Below, piece by piece: positions 51,536-64,000 of a stretch of DNA of 64,000 bases. Source of the stretch: Sphagnum compactum (Eukaryota); assembly GCA_965153455.1 (NCBI GenBank), contig OZ234494.1, forward strand, positions 5,146,001 to 5,210,000, read 5' to 3'. The notes under the pieces are model-generated. The model saw only the letters and a program-made list of their open reading frames with translations. It was not told the DNA's origin and searched no databases. A program made the translations under genes and the position numbers. Numbering within the stretch: position 1 is the stretch's first letter; every line of letters begins with the position of its first letter.

Positions 51536-52688
51536 CTCTCTCCATTGCCATCGCCTTTTCTTTGTGAGGCACTGGACTCTAGAGCCTGTTGCTCCTCCCC
51601 CTCTGCTCTCCTCCTAAACTCACACACACACACACACACACATTTTCTCATTTTCTTTCTTTTCTTTTTCATGTTCATCCCTTGCTATTGACATTACAAG
51701 ATTCCTCCCTCATCTATCTCTAGGCAGGCAGGTAGGTTCATGACTGACATGCTTTTCCCATTTCCAGATTTTTCAGCTCACTAGGTACCTAAGCTCTTGT
51801 AGCTCAACTTTAAAATTGTTGTAGTTGTTATTGGTTTGGTTTGGTTTAGTTCTGTTTATTGGGTTGTGGGTTTTATGGAGAGAGTTGGAAGTACGCAGAT
51901 CATTGCAGGTTAAGATTTGGGTTGTGTTTTTTTGTGGTGGTGGTGGTGGTGGTGGTGGTGATGGGTGGAGAAATGGGTTAGTTGTTTGTTTGTTGGGTTT
52001 TTGAGAGGAGGAAAGAAGAATGGGTTGTTGATTTGATGGTGTTTTTGGTAGGTAGAGAGAGTCTTGTGAGTTTGCTCTTCAGACAGTCTGTTTTTCTCCC
52101 TTCTTGTTTTAGCTCCTCCCCTTTTCTCAGTTTCTTTCAGCTGCATGCTTAGCTTCAGTCTTGCCCAATTCCTGTTTGTTTGAGAGCTTGCAGAATCTGC
52201 GCAAAAAACTCTGTGTCATTTTGAGCCTTTTTTTTGCCGGAGAGAAGTTGCCAGACCTTCCGCAGTTCGAGGACAAGTTCCTGTGTTCTGGTTGTCGAGG
52301 GAGTCTCTTGGAGGTCAGGTGTGTGTGTGTGTGTTTTGCTCTGATTTGCAGGAATTTCCTGGGCTTGTCTGGTGCAGAGGAAAAGGATTTTTTAGAGAAA
52401 GAGTAAGGAGAAGAACAGCAGTAACAGTTGCAGCAGCAGGAGGAGCAGCAGCAGGCGATTTTGGAAATTTGCTGATCAGTTTCTGGAGGTTTATCCCGGA
52501 GCTTGCATCCAAAGTCTTGGCCTGTGAAGAGCGCAAGAAGAAGGAGAGAATAAAATTACGAAAGCGCGAAGGATTTGGGAAGCGGTAGATGGTGCTCGGA
52601 CGACAGTAGTGACCGGGAGTAGCTTGAAGGAAACAGGACTGGTGTGGTGTTGTGAAGAAGAAGAAGAAGACGAGGCGCAGAAGCAGCA

Positions 52689-55600
52689 ATGGCGTCTGCG
52701 ACTCCGTTGGAGGGGATCGATCCGTGGGGAAGTCGAACCAGCACGAGGAGGTCGTCAGCCTTGGGCTCCCGGAACTGGGGACTGGGTCCAGACAACGTGT
52801 TCGGCAGGAATTCCGCGCAGTCGACGAGAGAAGACGGCGACGATGAGGAAGCGCTCAAGTGGGCAGCGCTGGAGAAGCTCCCCACTTACGACCGCCTGCA
52901 CACGGGTCTCATGCAGAAGGCGCTGGGCAGCAAAATCGTGCACGAGGAAGTGGACGTGCGCACCTTTGGGTTCGAGGAGCGGCAGCAGATCATCGACAGA
53001 CTTCTGCAAGTCACGGAAGAGGACAATGAGAGGTTCTTGCTGAAGCTCCGCAACAGAATCGACAGGTATCTAAGCACCTGCAAAAACTTTGTTCTTGTTC
53101 TTGTTCTCGTTGTTCTCGTTCTTGTTCTGTTCTTCACGTTGTGCAGGTTCTTAACTTTTTCTGAGAAGCAATCAGTTCTCCAAAGTCTCGAAATTGCTGC
53201 TCCGGATGATGTTCTCATGTGGGGGAGTGAGTGAGCGATTGAGAGTTTTCTGTGGAGCAAGTGTGTAGTACTGATGCAAATGATGAACTTGTGAATGGGG
53301 TTTTGTTTTTTTGGTTGGGTTGTTTGATTTCAGTGGAAATTCATAGAAAAACCAAACAGTAGTTCTTCTGATATCTCTATTTATTGACTGTGGAATCATC
53401 ATCAGTTCAGTAAAGCTCCTGAGCCAAAATGAAAATTGCAATGATAATGGAAATCAGGACAACTGAGATGCCAGCAGCAAGAAAGAAAGAACTTCCCTGG
53501 GGACCTTCATTTGCTTTCTTTCTAGCTGGGCCCTTTTCATCGATGAAAGCAAGGGCATACTCCACATTGAATTGAATTTATCGTCAGTTTTGCACTGGGT
53601 CTTAGACTTTGATTTCTTAGAACCTTTCTTCCCATTTGATGGCCCACACACTGTAGTCACAGCTGTTGCAGAGTTGCTGCTGGCTTTGTTGTGATTAACA
53701 CTCGAAGAAGTCTTGCTCATTGTTCCAGATCTCTCCACCTTGATCAAACCCACATAAATTAATGTAATTAAGCAAAACTTGTGATTTGGATCAGTCTAGA
53801 ATCATGATGTTCAAACTTTGCACAGTAAAAAAAGGAACAACAAATTAGTACTAATGCATACATGTGCACTCAGTCTAATCAATCTTTTATCAATTGATTA
53901 TTCTCAGTAAAATTAGTTAATCTTTCCTCACATGCCAAGATGTATATTGCTACTACTATATGATCATGTGCATCAAGATATTGACCAATTGCACAAATTG
54001 AAGATGAAGACCTGATTACTGCAGACCAATATAGCTTCTTAATTACAGCAAAAGTTTAATTAGGTGGGCCTGAAAGAAGGCTGATTAGGCCACTTACCAG
54101 TTGTACACTCTTCCCCTTAGCTGCTGCTGCTTCTCAGACTCTGCAACCTTCTGCAGTTGCAGCTGATCTTTCTCCTTCCACTTAAGATTGAGGCTGCAGT
54201 TCTCACTTGAATCCTGCAACTCTTTCTTCTCCTTTTGCTTTGAGTTCTGGCTTTCCATAGTCTTCAGTTGGTTCTATAAATGCCAAACCATCCCAATCTC
54301 AGCTCATGAACAAAAATTGCACAATATGGACATCTTCATATACATCATGTGGCATTCATCAGCCTTTGTTGCTTCTTGAAGGTTGAATTTACCTGCACAA
54401 ATTTGTGACCTTTTCCATCTCTGGAGAGCTTGCAGGGCTCATTGTGAATGGGAGCTCTGAAAAGGAGCTACATTACACTCTACATGCCATGTTGGTTTCT
54501 AAGTGAGCTACAATATTATTATTTACCTCATAGTAGGAGACTGATCTGCATGAAGAAACAACTTCACACTCAGCCATATGGAGCCTTTGTATCATTGCAG
54601 CAATCTTAACCGGTTGCTGCTACATACACATCAGGTTGCAGAGTTGGTATAGAGCTGATGACCATTGAGGCCAATTGTGGGTTTTGCTTTGCAGGGTTGG
54701 TATCCAGCTGCCATCATTGAGGCTAATTGTGAGGTTGGTCATGTCAGGTTTTGCTTTGTAGGGTCAGTATCTAGCTGCCAACCATTGAGGCTAAATTCAT
54801 GTGGAGTGTGTGATTTGTTGGGTTCTGCTTTGCAGAGTTGGTATAGAGCTGCCAACGATTGAGGTTCGCTATGAAAATCTTGAAATAGATGCTGACTGCT
54901 TTGTGGGTGGCCGAGCTTTACCAACACTCTCGAATTCTTTCCTCAACATTTTGGGGGTATGAACTACATCCATCAAAATGGCAGAAATCTTACTCTTTAT
55001 GGATTAGTGCTGGTTTTTTTTCAAGAAAAGTGTTATGACTGTGAATTCTAGATTTGCTGGATGGGAAAAAGTTTTTGGTTTGAGAAATGTGCTGTTGATT
55101 TGCCTCTGACAGGTGCATCTGATTTTTTCATGATGCTGAGATTTTTGCTTCAGATCTCTGTGTTTTCTTTCTTTTTTTGGGTTGGGAGTGGGATGGTAAG
55201 ATTTGTGGCAATCTATGTCTGAAAATGCAGAGCGCGCTTGACTCTATTGGTCTGTCACCATCAAAGAAGACAAAACTCAAAATTCTGCACAGCATCAGTG
55301 GGATTATCAAACCTGCAAGGTGCTAAGGACTCTTCTTCTCAAGTGTTGCATTCTTTTTTTTTCAGGCTTGGTTAGCTAGGCACCCTTCAGGATTACTGGT
55401 GCCTTTTTTTTGCCCCCCCTCCTCCCTTCGATTGACCTTCATTGTTTCCTGGTGTTTTTGTTCTCCTCTTTCTTTTCAGGATGACACTACTCCTGGGACC
55501 ACCGAGCGCTGGAAAAACAACTTTGCTCCTAGCACTGGCTGGAAAGCTTGATTCTGATTTGAAAGTAAGAACTTTTGGGGTTCCTTTGAACCAGACCAAA

Positions 55601-58600
55601 ATGCCATTATTTTTGTAATAATCTTTGCAATGGGTCTTGTGGAGTAATTCAAAGTGAACTGGAGCCGAATTAGTTGGTGGTGTTGTGTTGGGTTTTTTTG
55701 CCATGATGCAATCACAGTTAAAAACGTCAACATTAAAATGTGGTCATTGCAGGTGAAGGGGTCGGTTTCATATAATGGCTATAAATTGGAGGAGTTTGTC
55801 CCACAAAAGACATCTGTGTACATTAGCCAGAATGATCTTCATGTGGGTGAAATGACAGTGCGCGAGACACTTGATTTCTCAGCCCGTTGCCAAGGAATTG
55901 GCACCCGTTATGGTCAGTTGGAACTTCCCTGTGAACTTCCCCATTGAGAGCTATTTATCATTAAACTAGCACACAACTTGGGACAAGATTTCCTGTGTAA
56001 GATTTCTCAATGCAACATTTTCAATAACTCTTCGGGAATCCACATTGGAATAGACATTAACATATTCCATGGTTCCATGGGAACAGACATGCTTGTAGAA
56101 CTTGCCAAGCGTGAAAGGGAGGCTGGGATTTTGCCAGAGAAAGATGTTGACGTTTTTATGAAGGTGAGTTGATTGGGTTTGATTGATGAACTACATTTGG
56201 AGTCAATTTAGCAACACATTGCACTTCTTGTGCACAATAGACATTGTCATGAATACTGACAGTACACGTTATGTTTTAGTCTTCATGCTTGTAATTCTTA
56301 CATGTGCAATTGACATGAGTGAAATTGTGCATACAGGCAATATCTGTGGAAGGTCAAGAACACAGTCTCATCACCGACTATGTAATGAAGGTGGGTGATG
56401 CTGATTTTGGGTTCAACAATGTGACGACAAACTGCATGATCTTCACCTACTTTTATATATGTTTTCTGGAATTTGTGTAGCAGTTTTGCACATTGTTGTT
56501 GTTAGTCTTCTATGGTTATTCAAGCTTTTCAGTTGTGGAAACAAGCAGCTCCCTCACAAAAAAAAATTTGTTTTTGGGTGTGTGTGTGAATGATTTGAAA
56601 GATCCTTGGACTTGATATCTGTGCAAATACGTTGGTGGGAGATAATATGCACAGAGGAATTTCAGGAGGCCAGAAAAAACGTGTCACCACTGGTACAAGC
56701 TCACTCACTGCTCTCAAGCTCTTAAGCTCTTAAGCCTGTGGTATTACCAATTCATCTGAGAAATCTACGGTTCTTCCAGATGGAATAATATGAAATAATA
56801 TATGTATAATTAATATTATTCTATTTTCAAATATGATTTTTAAAACATACATATTCATGGAATTATTGGTTATATATATATATATATATAATCAGTTGCT
56901 TTGGAGTGGTACTGAGTTTCAAGGTGGGTCAAAATGAAAATGTTTATTGCAGGGGAGATGATAGTGGGACCGACAAAGGCATTGTTCATGGATGAAATTT
57001 CAACAGGCCTTGACAGTTCCACCACATTCCAGATCGTTGCATGTTTGCGTCAGTTCTGTCATGTAATGGAGGCCACCATTTTCATGTCTCTTTTACAACC
57101 GGCACCCGAGACCTTTGACCTTTTTGATGATGTGGTTCTGCTGTCAGAGGGCCAAGTTGTGTACCATGGCCCAAAAGAAAACATTTTGGAGTTTTTCGAA
57201 GAATGCGGTTTCAAGTGCCCAGACAGAAAGGGCATTGCTGATTTCTTGCAAGAGGTGAGCATGTTCAATTTCCTTCTAGTAAACTCAGCTATCATATAAT
57301 AATACTATCTGCTATGATCATTAAAAAAAAAGTCACTGAACTTCATCACTTTTTTAAAAAATTGTTTTTGAGGGGAAAATCTGAAGAATCCTATTAATTC
57401 AGATTTGCACACAATTGGAATACCATGCACTGATGAATTTCAGTTCTCTGTTGAAAATTTGGACATTCTTATGGTTTTTTATTATGGTGGGTTTCATGTC
57501 CATCCCTAAACCAAGTGGCAAAAAATGCTTGACTGGGTTTTAACAGGTGACATCACGAAAGGATCAAGAACAGTACTGGTTTGACAAGCTACAACCATAT
57601 CGGTACATTTCGGTCAAGGCATTTGCCGACAAGTTCAAGTCATTCCATGTTGGCCAGAAGATGACAGATGAGTTAGCGGTCCCGTATCCAAAAGACCAGA
57701 GCCACAAGGCAGCTCTCTCATTTGAAAGATATTCAGTAACAAGTATGGAGCTTTTCAGGGCCAATTTTGCAAAGGAAATTCTTCTGATGAGACGCAACTC
57801 CTTTGTCTACATCTTCAAAACCGTGCAGGTATTGATTATTTTTTCCATTCAGTCTCTCTCTGCCACCTTCTAGCACTTTTTCTTTCTTCTTTTGCTTTAG
57901 GAGGAGCAGCTTTGATCCTTGTTAGCTTTCCTAATGTTCCGTGCAATGAAGCTATAGCTTGTGTGAATTGAATTGGGGTGCAGATTGGCATCATTGCTTT
58001 AATTGCATCCACAGTTTTTCTACGTACTAGATTGCACCAAAATACTGAATCAGACGGGCAAGAGTATTTGGGTGCAATTTTCTTTGGGGTTGTAATGGTC
58101 ATGTTCAATGGATATGCCGAGCTTTCAATGACCATCTTCAAACTGCCTGTATTCTACAAACAACGGGATCTCTTATTTTACCCAGCATGGGCTTACGCAC
58201 TCCCAGGATTGGTATTAAGCATTCCAGCATCCATAGCTGAATCAGGAATTTACTGCATCATCAGTTACTACATCATTGGCTATGCCCCTGAAGCCAGCAG
58301 GTGAATAAGAATGATCACCCAAGTACTCTAAACCCTAAACCTAGAAGAAATTCTTGTAAAATATCACTATTTGCACTCATGGTGTAGTCTGCAAGGATTC
58401 AAACTCATTGGAGGGGGCCCGATGGTTTCATAATGAAACCAAAAAGAAACGAGATTTTGAATCTACTTTCTTGTGTTTATGTCAAGAACTGGATCATTTC
58501 TAGACTGGAATTTGAGTGGACTATTTTTTTTGGTCTATTTTCCATGCTTTTGTCACCCTCCACCTGATTGGACAGATTTTTCATGGCAGGTTTTTCCGGG

Positions 58601-60704
58601 CATATTTGTTGTTGTTTATGACTCATCAAATGTCATCAGCGATGTTTCGTGCCATAGCTGGTGTGTGTCGGACAATGGTGGTGGCTAATACAGGTGGAAG
58701 CTTGGCGCTTCTCATTATCTTCATGCTTGGAGGCTTCATCATTCCACGCACACGAATCAAGCCATGGTGGATTTGGGGATATTGGTGTTCGCCTCTCTCG
58801 TATGCCGAGAGCTCCATCATTGTCAATGAGTTTCTGGCACCACGCTGGGCTAAGGTGGGGTGCAGTGGCAGAGAAAAGGAATCCCAATCCACTGCAGATT
58901 TTGAGCTCAGAATTGACTTTTTTTGCTTTCTCTGACAGGCTTCAGTTCTCTACTTGCTGATCTCTTTTATTGTGTTGTTTCAAGTCTGTATAGGACATAG
59001 AATTTCTAAAAGAGAATGGGTTTTTGTTTTTTTGGGGGGCAATGACAGCCACTTGCCAACAACCCTCACACTCTTGGCCAGCAAATCTTGATAAACAGTG
59101 GAGTTTTCCCAAAGAATTATTGGTACTGGATTGGTATTGCAGCTTTGATGGGCTATGTTCTCCTCTTCAACACGCTGTACACTTTGGTCCTCACATACTT
59201 GAATCGTAAGTTGAATCAATTTTTGTCCCCAACAGCCCATCCATGCAACAAGGCCTTATGTTATGGCATTCCATTAGGTTACGTTGATCACAACACACTG
59301 TTTGTATCGATACGAAAAACTAGGCTTTAATTAGAAATCTAATGTTTGTGTTACTAGTTTCCTAACTCATCATGACCATGATGTGGAGTCTCCTGACATG
59401 TGTGTGTACCAAGTATAACTGACATCTATTGTGTGTTTGGTATGAACTGTTGCATCTAATCATGTTTGAGACTTGTTCGTGAAACAGCATTGGGGAAGCC
59501 GCAAGCAGTAATATCAAAGGATGCCTTGGCTGCAAAGGAGGCAAATTTGACAGGAGGGGAAGTTTCACTTTCCTCACGTGCTAGATCCAAATCCCGGAAG
59601 TCTCTCCCACGCTCATTGTCATCCACAGCTGAAGGTGCGACACACTTAAAATTCCTGGACATCATCATCATCATCCGTGCTATTTGCAAGCTCAATCTGT
59701 TTTTACTCCACAACTTTTGTGCTGCCATCCAAGTGTTTTGAGCATTCCTAACACCCTTGTTGTCCATCCGAAATTTGTTCAGGGGCTGTGGCATCAAGAA
59801 AGAGTATCACAGTTCGGGAGTCATTTACAGAGAACGGTGGTGGGGAGGTTCAAATGCAGGATCGCAATGGTGCTGGTGATCGTGTAAGCAGTGTTTCCTT
59901 TGCTAGTGATGCTTCAGATGCTGTTGCAGGAGTTGAACCAAAACGGGGCATGATTTTGCCTTTCCAACCTTTGGCAATCTCCTTTGATGACATCAAATAC
60001 TACGTCGACATGCCAGCGGTATGGTTTTTTGCATCCTTTTTCTAACATTTGAAGGATCCTAGTCTACCTCCCAAGAATTTGTTTTTTACCCAAAATTCTC
60101 ATGCTAATCCAAAATCGACTCTGGAAAAAATAAATTGAAGGCTTTTTGAACACAGATTTCTGATTGAAATGTAACAGTTTTGGGACAGATTTCACTACAA
60201 TGCAAATTTGTTTTTGGTCACAATTTTCAATTTCTTCAGTTGGGTTACTCACAAATGACTGGGAAATTATCTGCATTTGCAGGAAATGAAGAAACAAGGG
60301 GTGGCTGAAGACAGGCTTCAATTGTTGTGTGGCATAACTGGTGCATTTAGGCCAGGGGTCCTTACTGCTTTAGTGGGAGTAAGTGGCGCTGGAAAGACAA
60401 CCCTTATGGATGTGTTAGCTGGACGGAAAACTGGTGGCTACATTGAGGGTGATATCCGCATTTCTGGATATCCCAAAAACCAAGCCACTTTTGCCCGTAT
60501 TGCTGGATACTGTGAACAAACTGATATCCATTCCCCCCAGGTCACAGTCCGAGAGTCTGTCACCTATTCTGCATGGCTGCGTCTGCCTGCTGAAATTGAC
60601 AAGGAGACTCGAGAGGTAATCAAAGCAACAAAACATCTTGTGTCTCAAATGGGTGCTTTGGAATTTCTCCTTGAAAATTTTCATGTAGGCTTGTCATATA
60701 TATA

Positions 60705-60740
<36 letters not shown>

Positions 60741-63700
60741 TTAATACAGAAAATAATCTAACAAATATAATATTTTTAAAATATTTTTATTGGTGGTTTA
60801 TTAATATTAGAAGATTTGCAAAAATTGGTTGCAGCAATTTGTGGATGAGGTGATGGATTTAGTGGAGTTGATGCCATTGGAGAATGCATTAGTGGGATTA
60901 CCCGGAGTAACAGGGCTGTCAACTGAACAACGCAAGCGCCTCACAATTGCTGTTGAACTTGTTGCCAACCCATCTATTATTTTCATGGATGAGCCCACTA
61001 GTGGCCTTGATGCACGTGCGGCAGCAATTGTGATGAGAACTGTGCGCAACACTGTGGATACTGGTCGCACCGTTGTTTGCACCATTCATCAACCAAGCAT
61101 AGACATCTTTGAAGCTTTTGATGAGGTGCCTCCCTTTTGACTTCGTCTTGCATTCACCCTAAACCCCATTATGTACCATATACCCTACAATTCTTTTAAA
61201 AATGGGGCAATGCAGTCTTATGTAAGGGGTCTTTTCTATCACTGATTATTGCAATGTGTGTTGTCATGACAGATGTTATTAATGAAGCGTGGAGGTCAAG
61301 TGATATATATGGGTCCACTGGGACGCCATTCACACCGACTTATTGAGTATTTTGAGGTAAAATTTTATTCACATTTTAGTGACTAATGCATAAAACCTTC
61401 CCTTTTCACACAAATTGAACCTCTGAAACTTAGTCAATTTCTTTAAAAAAATTTAAGTGGAAACAAAAAAGGAAACCAAAAGAAGAGGTTTGTCAAAAAT
61501 CTTAAAAAACCTGAAACCTTAGTGTATTTGGAAACCTGAACTATGTTTTTGAAATGCTATTTTTTTTGGTTTGTTTTTTTTTTTAATCCCTGGTTTTTAC
61601 TACTTAAATTTTAGTCAATGCCACACACAGTGAAGGTAATGCAGAACAGAGTTATTGAAAAATCTCATGAAGAAATTGAACGAGAATTTCAAAAATAAAT
61701 TGAAGAAATTCAACTTGTGGAATTTGGGGTCTTGGAGTCCTGAAGTTAAGAGGGGTTGTTTATGCAGGCGATTCCAGGCGTGCCAAAGATTAGGCCAGAT
61801 TACAACCCAGCAACATGGATGTTGGAAGTGAGCAATGTTTCTATTGAAAGTCAACTCGGGATTGATTTTGCAGAAATATACAGTAAATCTGCGCTTTTCC
61901 AGTAAGTTAAACATTCATGACTGGATTGTTCATCATTTCATTCACTTTGGAGATTTGTTTAATTTTTTTACCTCTGTTGGTTTTCTGGCTGAAGAATGAT
62001 GTTGAATATAGTCTATTATAAATTATTTTCCTTCATTTAAAAATTTTCACAGTGAGATTAATTCCACATGTCAAATTTTTCATAAGGAATAGATTAGTAC
62101 CTTTTTTTGGATACCAGAATTTTCTCTTGAGAAGTGGAGCTTCATTCTCAGGGGTTGTACTCTTCACATTGTTCTTGTAAATTTCACCCATGTAATGGGT
62201 TTTGCACAGAGTTCTTAAAATGTGGAGGGCGATTTGGATCTATTTTGCAGGCGAAATAAAACCTTGGTGGCGGAGTTGAGTGTGCCTCCTCCTGGCTCCA
62301 AAGACTTGCATTTTCCCACAACATACTCACAGCCATTCTTCACCCAAATAATGGCATGCTTTTGGAAGCAATGGTGGACATATTGGCGTAGTCCAGACTA
62401 CAACCTTGTCCGATTGACATTCACTTTTGTTGCAGCTATCCTCTTTGGCACCATCTTTTGGGATTTGGGCAAAAAGACGTAAGTTATGGTCAACTGAAAA
62501 AACCATAGATTCTCCTGAATTTTTTGACGCACAAAATAAGTCATGCAATCAAAAATCCACTTGCTTTATAAATATCTGGAGCAATATTTTTTGAGCATTT
62601 TTGGCGTTTTTTGTTTTGGCAGGAGTCAGCAGGCCAATCTCTATAGTGTGATGGGATCAATGTATGGTGCGGTTTTGTTTATTGGTGTGAACAATGCATC
62701 AACAGTTCAACCTGTAGTGGCAATTGAGCGCACCATTTTCTACAGAGAAAGGGCAGCCGGCATGTACTCTGCAATCCCTTATGCCATAGCACAGGTAAAA
62801 AAATTTATTGCTTATTCTTGTCTCACAAACATTTATTAACAATTTTGCACGTTGCAAGATGATAGGTAAGATAATTGTGTATGTGAGAAAAATGTAACTT
62901 TTGTTTTTATCTCACAATATTTATTAACAGTTTTGGGTTTTGCAACATGGGTGAAATTTTTCTTTTTCTTTTTTTGTATATGAGAAAAATAGAATTTTTT
63001 AAAAATAATCTCACAACATTGAGAAATGTGTTGTTTTGCAGGTGTTAATTGAATTACCATACTGTTTACTCCAAACTGTAATATATGCGTTGATCACATA
63101 CTCTATGATTAATTTCACATGGACAGCACCAAAGTTCTTTTATTATATGTTCATCATGTTCTTCAGCCTGCTTTACTTTACATATTATGGAATGATGGCG
63201 GTGGCATTGACTCCCAATCACCAGATTGCTGCAATTGTCGCCTCTGGATTCTATTCCCTTTTCAATCTCTTCTCTGGCTTTTTGATCTTGAGACCTGTAA
63301 GTAAAAACTTTCTAGACCTGCAGAATTATTATTTTATTTTATTTTTCAAATTTTTTTCCCTTTCAGATTCTAGGAAGTGGGTTTTGTAATGTACATTTCT
63401 GTGTGTTTCAACAAGAGATGGGAACTGAAGATGTGGTGCAACTCCGTGTTTTCTGCAAAGCATGAATGAAAAAATGATTTTTACCCATGAATTTGTGCAT
63501 ACATAGATCACTTCCTAAGTTTATGACTTGGAAGGGTCCCTAAAAATATGTCCCTAAAAAATCTGTTGAAAATTTTCTGTGCAGCAAATTCCAAAATGGT
63601 GGGTATGGTACTATTGGATATGTCCAATAGCATGGACTTTGTACGGGCTTATCATTACACAATTTGGTGATGTGACTTCGCTTGTATACCCAACGGGAGG

Positions 63701-63857
63701 GGGAGATCCGATGGAAGTGCAGGCCTTTGTTTCCAAGACGTTTGGATTTCACCACAAGCTTCTGGGACTTGCTGTTTCTATGCCTGTTGTCTTCACTATC
63801 CTCTTTGCAAGTGTTTTTGCATTCAGTATCAAGTTCCTTAATTTCCAACAGCGGTGA
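52689..63857 (+). CDS. ABCG: Full-size ABCG / pleiotropic drug resistance (PDR) transporter, 1509 aa
   Basis: 23 GT-AG exons: 52689-53065, 54836-54956, 55231-55319, 55480-55564, 55753-55912, 56087-56163, 56337-56390, 56602-56692, 56953-57254, 57547-57828, 57984-58300, 58590-58854, 59049-59205, 59488-59634, 59783-60018, 60283-60615, 60835-61125, 61273-61356, 61768-61901, 62251-62478, 62623-62794, 63042-63296, 63585-63857 (4530 nt, phases consistent). Motifs [108 protein letters not shown]. Confidence 0.96.
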
Positions 63858-64000
63858 GTGAAAAGATTGTGTAGTTTAAAAAGTAGTAGCAGCCTAATTT
63901 AGCTGAAGTTTTAGGCCTATCTCTGGATTGGGTCATATTATTTTCCCTTTCTTCATGGTCAACTCAAAACCGTAAACCCTAAACCAATGTGATTCTTGCA

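Noticed and set aside
63970-63986. taaaccctaaacc telomere-like motif (also ~58328)
   Set aside because: Under two and a half units. This is a common interstitial telo-box-like sequence, not a telomere or telomerase RNA.

Overview
Eukaryotic, AT-rich, intron-containing plant DNA. The repeat content and gene style suggest a moss such as Sphagnum, but that is inference. There are two intact + strand genes: a 3-exon cationic amino-acid transporter (CAT2/3/4-like, 2423-5101, ~674 aa) and a 23-exon full-size PDR-type ABCG transporter (52689-63857, 1509 aa by my exon model). Between them lie ~46 kb of transposon-derived sequence: two solo LTRs with exact 5-bp TSDs, a decayed 6.4-kb L1-like LINE inserted into one of them, Ty3/gypsy gag/RT/RNaseH relics, CACTA, hAT and Tourist non-autonomous elements, minisatellites and a head-to-tail non-autonomous Helitron array. 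Most notable: (i) the poly(A)-less LINE whose ends resemble or pair with its LTR target and whose ORF1 and ORF2 share one frame, a candidate LTR-targeting retroelement; (ii) a 940-bp foldback element with a 6-bp TSD upstream of CAT; (iii) CTAG|TC Helitron junctions; (iv) three tandem decoy splice acceptors before ABCG exon 2. All coordinates were read by eye and no database searches were run.
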